DNA from: Schmidtea nova
Taxonomy: Eukaryota
Direction: 5' to 3'
DNA length: 64,000 nt
NCBI GenBank assembly: GCA_044892505.1
Contig: CM097884.1
Coordinates: 20,522,001 to 20,586,000, forward strand
Of the stretch, positions 37,780 through 47,157 are shown in pieces. A program made the position numbers and the translations under genes. The notes below the pieces were generated by a model. The model was not told where the DNA came from. It did no database searches and worked only from the letters and a program-made list of their open reading frames with translations. Within the stretch, counting starts at the first letter, position 1. Every line of letters begins with the position of its first letter.

Positions 37780-38820
37780 TTTACTAGGTTTTTTGACGAT
37801 ATCCATGATGGTTCCTTATATCCATGCCACTTGACATAGTATTGTTTATCCTTACCTACCATTTTAGTTTTCAATATTTTTTGAATTCTAAATATTGTCG
37901 GTGGAGGTATAACTTGTAATTCTTGTTCATAGAATTTCCCACTGACTATATTGTTATCAGAGTCAGAAATAGTATACATGACAGGATTCTGGACTGTGTT
38001 GACCTTCGATATTTTAAATACCTCATCACTCCAATTACTATCAAAATTTTTAATGAATGGCGATGCACTAATTTTACTAATTCGAACATGATCACCTATT
38101 TTATATTTTGGTTTCTTGATTATTGTATCACTCACGATATTTTCAGTATTAACTACTTCTGCAGGTTTCCTGCCATTTATACCTCGATGAGCAGAATGAT
38201 TATAACTATGGATCATTTGTGGTAAAACATTAATCCATGTTTTATTACCTTGATGTACAAAATACTTTTTGAGCCGATCTCGTAATGTACGATTAAATCT
38301 CTCGACATGAGCGGCTTTGAATTGCGAGAATACCGAATAATGATTGATTCCCTTGATAACTTCCTTGACTTTACTGTTGTAAAATTCCTTACCTAAAAAA
38401 TATTAAATCAATAAATTATAATTAAAATTTACCCAAATCGGTTTGTAAATTTGTTGGACGATCCTTTTTCATCATTGCTTTGATCGCGATTGCCATATCA
38501 TTACCAGATTTCGATTTTACTGCGATTGCCCGCGCAAAACGACTGTAAACATCAATACATGTTAAAATATACTTGTATCCCTTGTTAATTTTTGAATACG
38601 GAATCATTTCCATCAAATCCATTTGCCACAAATCATTGATTCTATACGTTTTATATGATCTAGTTGGAAACCGTTTCAGCATCGGTTTGTTTAGACTGTA
38701 TGCAAGTTGCCCCGATAACCAGCTTTGTGTCTGTTGTTTCGACTTCTGTACTTTTTTCCTTAACTTTTCGACTCCACCGAAACCGGCTTCGTCTTTCGGG
38801 TTCGTCCAGATCTTCTCCAT
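37776..38820 (-). CDS. Retroviral-type DDE integrase with C-terminal chromodomain; join(38820-38433, 38392-37776), 334 aa
   Basis: WQMDL (D1), LTCIDVYSR, QTDLG|KEFYN (D2, rejoined across a 40-nt GT-AG intron), HVERFNRTL (E), YNHSAH, chromodomain IQKILK...YYVKWHGY..PSWI. Confidence 0.95.
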
Positions 38821-38875
38821 TACAACAAGAAGATTTAAAGTTTAAATTTAAATTAGGTAATGATTGACCCATTGT

Positions 38876-39403
38876 TTATGACGTTCTTTTTCCCAATAAA
38901 CCAGCACCACCTAATAACGATAAAGCTAGGGGTAATAATGCAGCAATAAACCCTCCTTGTTGTTTATATATTATTTTACGCATAAGTTTTTTATTTTTTG
39001 TTTTTACAAGTGATAACAATGGTTTTTTATGCTTGTTCAAAACCCGACGATTAGAAGGAGTTAGATTCATTTTACCTCGTACGACTTTAATTAAAATAGC
39101 GAGTAAATCATCAATGACGTAATTGGGAAACGACTGAAGAATACCCATTCTTCTAGCACTGGGGGCTTTTAGCAATGCATTAAAAAACGGAAAACTCCGA
39201 TGATGTATTTGTTTAGGATTAGATTTCAAAATAGGGGGAATTTGATTTTGTTTGGGAAAATTATCCATAATTAGTTTTTTCGAAGGAGTATAACTTGTTT
39301 TAGAAACGGGTTTCGAAACTGATTTCTTTGTTTTCTTTGTTTTCTTCATTGTTTTTCTTGCCTTTATCAAGCGCTCAAACTTTACTCTAGATTTCATTAA
39401 CAT
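38876..39403 (-). CDS. Basic core protein with pX/mu-like C-terminus
   Basis: Lys-rich. Ends KQQGGFIAALLPLALSLLGG, resembling adenovirus pX GGFLPALIPIIAAAIG. Confidence 0.75.
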   Translation of the reverse strand: MLMKSRVKFERLIKARKTMKKTKKTKKSVSKPVSKTSYTPSKKLIMDNFPKQNQIPPILKSNPKQIHHRSFPFFNALLKAPSARRMGILQSFPNYVIDDLLAILIKVVRGKMNLTPSNRRVLNKHKKPLLSLVKTKNKKLMRKIIYKQQGGFIAALLPLALSLLGGAGLLGKRTS

Positions 39404-39423
39404 GATTACTACTGTAAATATAT

Positions 39424-40047
39424 TTAACTTTGTTTATAAACCATGGCTCCTTCCTTGTTAAAAATATCTGTTCTAACTCTTAAATCATCACTGCATTGTT
39501 GCGTAAAATCCAAGAAAAGATATCCATGAGGAGCTTTTGTAGCATCCTGAAACGCATCAATCAAGAAATTCCGATTAGAGGGGTATGCTTGTCTTGCCAG
39601 AAAATCAATAACTGTTGCATCACGAGGATTTTTAAAAACAACAAGATATTGAACATTTAAATTACGAGTTCGATGACTACCACCCTGATGAAATAAATTC
39701 TGAGTAATAAAAATAACTGTAACACCTTTGTGTCTAGCGATTTTCGTAAATAAATTATTAAAATCCTTTTCTTTATTTGCTTCTTGATACAAGTCATCAA
39801 TAATAATCACATCCCATTCTCTTAATCTAGATGACCAGTTTTTATCGAAACCTTTTATGATTGTCATTTTTATTTTACAAAACTGATCTTGAGTCATACC
39901 GCTTTCGTCGTCAGCACCCCTATGCCAATAAATTTTATTAAACTTTGATTTGAATAATTTAGATTGTAATAATTTACAAACAAATAAAGTTTTTCCGCTC
40001 CCGCTCGGGCCGACAATTTGGTACACTGCATCATTTCTTAATTCCAT
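39424..40047 (-). CDS. A32/FtsK-like DNA packaging ATPase
   Basis: Walker A GPSGSGKT, Walker B IIIDD, motif C ARH.GVTVIFITQNLF. Confidence 0.95.
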   Translation of the reverse strand: MELRNDAVYQIVGPSGSGKTLFVCKLLQSKLFKSKFNKIYWHRGADDESGMTQDQFCKIKMTIIKGFDKNWSSRLREWDVIIIDDLYQEANKEKDFNNLFTKIARHKGVTVIFITQNLFHQGGSHRTRNLNVQYLVVFKNPRDATVIDFLARQAYPSNRNFLIDAFQDATKAPHGYLFLDFTQQCSDDLRVRTDIFNKEGAMVYKQS

Positions 40048-40136
40048 TTTTGTAATTATTTATTAGTATTATTATTGTTTATATTGATTAAAATATTAAT
40101 TATCTCTTTGTTGTTAGATTTAAAATATTTTTAATA

Positions 40137-40604
40137 ATGATTAGAAACATTAATTACAAGGGTAAGACAGATGTGTCGCACATGATATTTCCAACTGGGA
40201 AACCACAGCAAATTGTAGATAGAAGTGGAAAATACCCAATAATATACTTTAAGACAGGCAGATATAGAATAATGGGATGCAAGGAATTTATTAGTGATGA
40301 AAAAGTAAAGTCTCACGATTTAACAATACAATCGATAACTGTGACTGCAGATTTAGGATTTATTTGTAATTTAAATGAGTTATCTAAATTGATTCCATGT
40401 GTTTATGAACCAGAATTATTTCCAGCTTTAAGATATACAAAATATAATCCAATGTGTGTCAATATTTTTGCTAGTGGTAAAGTAGTCATATTAGGATTAA
40501 AAAATAAAGACTATGCTAATATAGTTGATAATATTATTAACGATATAAAATCAATTATAGAAGATAAAGCCTTTGTTGATTTCATACTAACATGTGACTC
40601 ATGA
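40137..40604 (+). CDS. TATA-binding-protein-like protein (155 aa, core-only)
   Basis: Repeat 2: IQSITVTADLGF..L..L....VYEPELFPALRY..NPMCVNIFASGKVVILGLK, matching the TBP C-terminal repeat. Repeat 1 is shortened: IRNINYKG...GKPQQI...PIIYFKTGRYRIMGCK. Confidence 0.88.
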   Translation: MIRNINYKGKTDVSHMIFPTGKPQQIVDRSGKYPIIYFKTGRYRIMGCKEFISDEKVKSHDLTIQSITVTADLGFICNLNELSKLIPCVYEPELFPALRYTKYNPMCVNIFASGKVVILGLKNKDYANIVDNIINDIKSIIEDKAFVDFILTCDS

Positions 40605-40738
40605 CTGCAATATTCATGCAATGGAAATGCACGATTCTGATTGGTCGAGTGTGTATCGATAGAATAAAGACATGTTGTGCATACTTTATTCTTATTGGTT
40701 GAAAGTTGTTCATTTCGTACATGATGTGTGTTTCTATC

Positions 40739-40748
40739 GTATATATAC
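40739..40748 (+). promoter_or_regulatory. Putative TATA element upstream of the 40782 gene; ATTGG (CCAAT) boxes near 40641 and 40694
   Basis: gtatatatac 34-43 nt upstream of the ATG. Confidence 0.4.
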
Positions 40749-40781
40749 TAAGAACATTCGTTCATAATTTAGATTTTAAAA

Positions 40782-41367
40782 ATGTGTTTAAAAGAAACTA
40801 TGTTAAAAAGTGGTAAGGATTTTAATTAATTCTTTTCAATTTTAATATAATTTCTTTTTAGAAAAATTAATGAATGTCCTATATGGAAAGCTGGAGGAGA
40901 TGTTCCCGAATTTAATGACATCCCTGACTTATACGGCACCAGAACTCTTTCCGTATAAGATTCAGGTGCTGACTGGAATTGATGTCAATCAGCTCATCCT
41001 CGATCATCGGGCAAATAATCTCAATGAATTGCCAGTGGTAGCCGAGCACTTTCTCTGTGCATATAAGTGCGGAAATTGCGTGGAGAGGATCCGCCGATTC
41101 AATATTTGGCTCCTCAGAAACGCATTGAAGGAATTCGAGAATCAAAACCTCGAAACAATTGAGGAAGAAGATATGAAGGAGTCCTGGCCAAATTCGACTC
41201 CGGATCAATCTGATTGCCCAACTCTGGATGGGCCATATCCTATCGAATCGGATGAGCCAATGGAGTCTCCCGAATCTCCAGATTGTGCGGAATGCCACCG
41301 TAAGGCAGAGGATTGTGATGATAAAATAGGTTCGCAATCTCTTGGTGGTGATCCGTCAGACATTTAA
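40782..41367 (+). CDS. 178-aa acidic, Cys-containing accessory protein; join(40782-40812, 40862-41367)
   Basis: G|GTAAGG...TTTAG 49-nt phase-1 intron joins MCLKETMLKS to EKLMNVLY. Coding exon is GC-richer than its flanks; CGNC and CAEC; D/E/P/S-rich tail. Confidence 0.75.
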
Positions 41368-41937
41368 ATGTTGTTATTTTTTAGTTTAATGTCATTTTAG
41401 TTTGGTTATTTTTTAGTTTAATAAAAGTTTTTTAATGATTTTAGTTTTTATTGATTTTAGTTTTTTAGTGATTTTAGTTTTTTAGTGATTTTAGTAATAG
41501 TTTTTAAGTATTAGTTTTTACTTGACTTTAAGTTATTATTTTGAATTTAATTAATTATTTTAACTTTAAGTATTTAGTATTAAACTTTTTATTTACTAAG
41601 ATTAAAAAATAGTATTTGAATAAAAATTATTGTGAAATAAATTATTGTGATATAAATAAATACATATTTTATCCATATTTTATTATTGTGATATAAATAA
41701 ATACATATTTTATCCACTAACAGATCCTTACTATCAGTACATTAGTAGCAGAACATCTTTTGTTATGGTTTTTATGTGCAAAAGCTCATTACTTGAACAC
41801 ACACACACACACACACACTTACAACAAAGACATGCATAACGCGTGCAATACAAATGCATGATTGTGATTGGACAAAGGCATCCAGTCCTCACTATAAATA
41901 CAAAGTCATTTCTACAAATTTGTCACAATTTTTAAAA

Positions 41938-42354
41938 ATGGATTCACGAAAACGAGGTTATGATGTCAGCGAAGAAAGATTATTCCCGACTGAGGTGAAA
42001 CCAGTCCAGATGTATTATGATAGCCGAATCTATTTCTTGGTAGAAGAAATTCCGTTTCGCTTATCTTATCCCGTAAAATTAACAAAGTCGTTGTTTGATA
42101 ATCTATCTATTATTATTGATAAAGAGGATATTATCGCACTAAATAGAGTATTTTCAAAAATCAATGTGAATTTAATTTGTAAAGAAACGATGTATATCAA
42201 TAACAGGAAGACTCGTTTCCATAATGCTTATCAAACAATCGATTTCATTGATCAAGAACACTGGTTCGTTACGATAATCATTCAAGGATACAAGGTTGAT
42301 AAAAAGGAAGTGACAACTCCAATTTGGAGAGTTGATAATGCACGATACGCCTAA
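41938..42354 (+). CDS. 138-aa hypothetical protein, possible OB-fold ssDNA-binding protein
   Basis: ATG 41938 lies downstream of ATTGG (~41866) and TATAAATA (41893). Beta-rich C-terminus WFVTIIIQGYKV...PIWRV. Family call is weak. Confidence 0.65.
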   Translation: MDSRKRGYDVSEERLFPTEVKPVQMYYDSRIYFLVEEIPFRLSYPVKLTKSLFDNLSIIIDKEDIIALNRVFSKINVNLICKETMYINNRKTRFHNAYQTIDFIDQEHWFVTIIIQGYKVDKKEVTTPIWRVDNARYA

Positions 42355-42415
42355 TTGTTATTTAATAAATTTTACTATGAACAAATTTAGTTTTTTATTT
42401 TATTTTGTATTTAAA

Positions 42416-43018
42416 ATGAAACTGCTTATAACCATGTTTGTATTTTTATTGTGTGTTCAAAATACTGATGGAGAACAGGCTTTAGAAGCTTGCCAATCAA
42501 CCCATCCGTTTAGAAGAGAAGATAGTACTTGTGCGAGTTATAATGAAATATGTGTTTACTCAAACACTGAATGCAATCAAATAAAATTACAATGTGATCA
42601 ATGTCCTTCAAAAAAAAATAATTTGATTAATAATGATATTGAAAAAATAATTAGCAAAATAAAATTACAATGTCCTTCAAAAAATGATTTGATTAATAAA
42701 GAAATGGAAAAAATAATGATGAAAATAATGATGAAAATTGTTGAAAGTTTGAAATGTACGAATCAAACAATTGTTAAAAAACAATATGAAGTCAGATACC
42801 AAAATCAAACAGTTGAAAGCGAAAAAACATCGATAGTTTTACATTACATAAGTTTATTCATATTAATAATGATCTTGATATTGGCAACATCGATAAGGTT
42901 AGAGAATATTAATAAGAATAAAATTCCTGTAAATAATGTTCCTATGAATAATATTCCTAGTAGTAATAATTTTGAATCCAAATTTTGTACACGGTCGCAA
43001 CAATATATTTATAAATAA
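42416..43018 (+). CDS. 200-aa type I membrane glycoprotein with a Cys-rich ectodomain
   Basis: Signal peptide MKLLITMFVFLLCVQNTDG, Cys cluster, internal IKLQ..CPSK duplication, two NQT sequons, TM segment IVLHYISLFILIMILILATSI, short cytoplasmic tail. Confidence 0.8.
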   Translation: MKLLITMFVFLLCVQNTDGEQALEACQSTHPFRREDSTCASYNEICVYSNTECNQIKLQCDQCPSKKNNLINNDIEKIISKIKLQCPSKNDLINKEMEKIMMKIMMKIVESLKCTNQTIVKKQYEVRYQNQTVESEKTSIVLHYISLFILIMILILATSIRLENINKNKIPVNNVPMNNIPSSNNFESKFCTRSQQYIYK

Positions 43019-43049
<31 letters not shown>

Positions 43050-43052
43050 TAA

Positions 43053-44295
43053 ACAACAAGGGAAGAAGAACGCGCGTTTCACGCGCGTTCAATGAGTACA
43101 GTAATTTGTCTTAAACACACACACACAAGTTATCTCTGTACAAAAAATTATTATTATTAAAAATTATATTTCATTAGTCTTTGTTTCTTTGCATTCACTT
43201 TGCAAAGTCTTTGTTAATTTGCACGTGCATTGCAATATCTTTGTTAATATTTGTTTTTGTTGATGAGTCATGTAGATGAGTCATACTGATGAGTCATACC
43301 GATGAGTCATACCAATGAGTCATACTGATGAGTCATACTGATGAGTCATACTGATGAGTCATGCTGATGAGTCATACTGATGAGTCATACTGATGAGTCA
43401 TACTGATGAATCATGTAGATGAGTCATCCCAATGAGTCATCCAAATAAATCATACCGATGAGTCATTAAGAAAACAATTTAATCTTCAATGGTATGACCA
43501 TTATACTCACCCTTCAATTATCTTTTGTTTGATGTACATATTATAAGAATTAAAAAAGGTTGAAGGTTTTTGACCCTTTCAAGGTTCAGGACCCTCCATA
43601 CACCTTCGAAAGTATGACCATCATACTTACCTCTCAATTACCTTTTGTTTGATATATAACTTGTAAGGATTGTAAAAGGTTAAAGGTTTTTGACCCCTTG
43701 AAGGTTAAGGACCCTCCATACACCTTCGAAGGTATGACCATCATACTTACCTCTCAATTACCTTTTGTTTGATATATAACTTGTAAGGATTGTAAAAGGT
43801 TAAAGGTTTTTGACCCCTTGAAGGTTAAGGACCCTCCATACACCTTCAAAGGTATGACCATCATACTTACCTCTCAATTACCTTTTGTTTGATATATAAC
43901 TTGTAAGGATTGTAAAAGGTTAAAGGTTTTTGACCCCTTGAAGGTTAAGGACCCTCCATACACCTTCGAAGGTATGACCATTGGATAGACCTTTCAAAGA
44001 CCTTTCGAATGATACCCTTGTTTGAAGGTTTGACCTTATTTGACCTTTGGAAATTTAAAATTTAAATTTGAAATGAGTCATCGATGACGTCATAAAATTC
44101 AAATTTGAAATGAGTCATCGATGACGTCATCGATGAGTCATGTGATGAGTCATCGATGAGTCATCGATGACGTCATCGATGAGTCATAACAAAGAAAAAA
44201 TGAGTCATCGGGGGGGGCGGGGGGGTATGGGTGACTCATCGATGACGTCATTGTCTTTGTTTAACGATGAGTCATGGAGCACACTTCTGTCTACT
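43053..44295. repeat. Right terminal inverted repeat (1243 bp)
   Basis: Reverse complement of the left TIR. AP-1 arrays at 43264-43465 and 44074-44274. Confidence 0.95.
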
Positions 44296-44375
44296 AAATA
44301 CACACAATTTAGAAATTATATGAGTTGCTTTCATGACGTTAATGAATAAATAAAATTAGTTATCTTATCATTAAC

Positions 44376-45214
44376 GGTATCCCGGCAAAATAGCCCAGAC
44401 AATAAAACTCAATTTATTGGAATTGTCAACATTTATTAATGAAATACAAAAAGCTGAAATGATTGAAATGTATCCAAATCATCTCTGTATCGGTAATGAA
44501 ACCAATCTATAAACATTATTATAATCTGATCTAATGGTTCACTAGGTGAAATGTTAGCAGTTAGGTAAATAAACTTGTTTTAGAGTCAAGTTTACAAACA
44601 TTAGAATAAAGTTTTATGGATGGGAGCTGTCAATCAATCACAGAATCGTGCAGTACAATTAAAAAACGGTGCGATCATAAAGAAAATCTTAATCAATTGA
44701 GTCTATAATTGCATTTTAATTTAAATAAAATTCGACCTCAACAACTAATTATGGAGAAAAAAAAATCTCAGAAAGGAAAAGAGTTTCTATTAAACGATGG
44801 ATTTCGCTATCGCAAGGCGAAAGTCAATGCTGACGGAAGTGCATCGTGGAGATGTGTCGAGGCCAATTGTAAAGGAAGATTGAAGGTAGTTGAAGATTCT
44901 GCCACAACGATTACCGAGCATGGTCATCCAGTTGACTTTTCGAAGAATGAAGCTGCCAAGTCAGTTGCAGAGATGCGGAGACGCGGAGACGTGCTGCTGA
45001 GGGCGTTGAGAAACCTCGTCAGATAATTCAACTTTTTTAATAGAATGATAAAATAAACAGTAATTTAGTTGCAATTTTTTAATTTTCTAGTAATCTCAAT
45101 AAAATAGCTTTTTTTAAACCTAATTAAACCTTTTGAGCCTTTATTTTATTAATAAATGTTGACGGGGCTATTTTGTCGGGGCTATTTTGTCCTGGGCTAT
45201 TTTGACGGGCTACG
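44376..45214 (+). mobile_element. Non-autonomous MULE (Mutator-like) element, 839 bp
   Basis: 9-bp TSD ATCATTAAC (44367-44375, 45215-45223). Termini ggtatcccggcaaaatagccc / gggctattttgacgggctacg; three ggctattttg subrepeats at the right end. Confidence 0.9.
44751..45026 (+). CDS. FLYWCH zinc-finger (truncated MULE transposase N-terminus)
   Basis: SQKGKEFLLNDGFRY...WRC....CKGRL....H.H. Confidence 0.8.
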   Translation: MEKKKSQKGKEFLLNDGFRYRKAKVNADGSASWRCVEANCKGRLKVVEDSATTITEHGHPVDFSKNEAAKSVAEMRRRGDVLLRALRNLVR

Positions 45215-47157
45215 ATCATTAACATATCTTATTTTCATCTTTGATCTTTTCATTTCTATTTCAGAAAGTTTTATTATTTTTATAGAGTTGATCAAAATTT
45301 TTTTAAAAAAAGTACAAGAACATTTTCGGCACACATTTTTTCAATTATGTATTTTTTATTAACAATTGAAAAAGACTGCCGAAAATTTAAAACTTTTAAA
45401 AAAATTTGATCTGTTTTTGTAAGAAAATGAAAATTATTATTTTTTAAGCTTAATTAGTAATGTTATCATAATAAAGTAAATTTTCTATAAGCGTTACAGT
45501 AGGCAAATATATTTTTAAAACTCATAAAACATAGTGAGTTACAGTTATCGAATTTTAAAGAATTGATTTTTTATTGATTTTTAGGGTTTTATTTAGTCAT
45601 TAAAACATCTATTCAGTATAACGCTTATCGAGTAAAACACTTATTACATCTAAACTTGTTTAAGTTCAGATGAGTCTTTCTTACTGGACATACATTTCTA
45701 TCATTACTCGGTGACTGGCGGGTGTCATAGAGTTCTAGACTTAACTACCTGTTAACTTCTAACGATAGTGTGAGGCACGACATCTGTTAATAAAGATTGG
45801 CATAATTTGATTGTCAGTCGTATTGATAGAGATTTACAAAGGAATATATTAGAAAACCACAAAATATTGGTTTCGAAAACCATATACTTGGCCTGATTAT
45901 TCGCCATTTGCCTTACTGGTGTATTGTGTAATCCTCGTGTTTTACATAACATACATTATTACATACTCATTGCACAATATGCATTTTTAATTAAATAAAG
46001 TGAATTTTCTTTTTTAATTATGCAATTTTTTTCAATTTTATAAAAAAAAATATATATATTTTTGTTTAAATATAAAATAAATATGAGCGTTCTGTAGCAA
46101 ATACCCTTTGTGTCTATTACTCAATAACATGATTTTACATATCATACACTATTACTTAATTATTGCATAATTAGAGTTTTACATAACATATGCACTATTT
46201 TTTACATAAAATATTGTTTTTATTTTAATTAAGTGACCTTTTTTATTTATTTAATATAAAATACGTGAAAATTTTGTTTACATTAATAATTTTTATAAAA
46301 ATTATTCGGTGACACGTTACCCAATTATAAAAAATAAATTCATTCACTAACACTATTTAATGCAAAAACATAGCTATCTTCTACAAATTTCCAAATGCCT
46401 TTTTTTCGACCCGTTAAACCAGTCCGATCAATTTATCAGTGTAACAATGTATAACAAAATTTAATTCGCTTTAGGATGGTATAAAAATAAATTTAAAATG
46501 TTTTTATTATATACTTACACGAATTTTTACCTTATTGTACAACATAAATATGTGATAAAGTAATAACGATAACTATGCACAAAAGTAAGAATCTGCATAT
46601 CAGTAAAACTATTTGACTTTTTGCAGATTTTTAATTAATATTATAATTATATTTTGTTTCACCTTTGATCTTTTTTAATATTAATATCAATAATTCCCAT
46701 AAAGGTGAGACTATAGATCAAAAAAATTCTTTTAAACAAGTACTTGTTTAAAAATTTTTTTTGATCTATAGTCTAACCTTTATGGGAATTATTGATTTTA
46801 ATTTTAATTAATGGTTAAATATTTTTTAAAAAATACATTTCAGTGGGAAAACTGCTCTTGTTTTAATGAATTAGGTCCAGTCTATAATATAGAATTTAGT
46901 CTATGTTGCTTTTGAAGATCAATTAGCTCCAATTGGATATTATTCAATAACATCATTAATAATGATATTAAAAAGATTTTTGAAAATTTTATCTTTAAAA
47001 TCCCGTATCGGGCGTTATTTCTCGACCCCTTTTAGTGCTGGATTTTTACATATTATTGTTTTTGCGAATCTACACATATTCATTTTTTACCAATGTACGA
47101 GATTGAACGAAATCTTGTATATTTCTAGATGTTAATATTATCAGTGCCATGTATATC

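Larger units (their letters stand above)
26353..44295. mobile_element. Complete Maverick/Polinton (adintovirus-like) element, 17,943 bp
   Basis: Starts AGTAGACAGAAG and ends CTTCTGTCTACT. AAATAC is duplicated at 26347-26352 and 44296-44301. ~1.25-kb TIRs and a full core gene set. Confidence 0.98.

Noticed and set aside
36418-38872. Antisense or alternate-frame ORFs (36418, 36720, 37456, 37923, 38573, 38660, 38664; also 30229, 31915, 40912)
   Set aside because: Shadows of well-supported genes.
41270-41310. LxCxE Rb-binding motif in the acidic protein
   Set aside because: The sequence is PDCAE; the Leu is missing.
44167-44349. 60-aa ORF crossing the right TIR end
   Set aside because: Lies within the non-coding motif array and crosses the insertion junction.
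46850-47155. Possible LINE RT remnant on the minus strand (RPI..KIF..II)
   Set aside because: Too short and degenerate to support.
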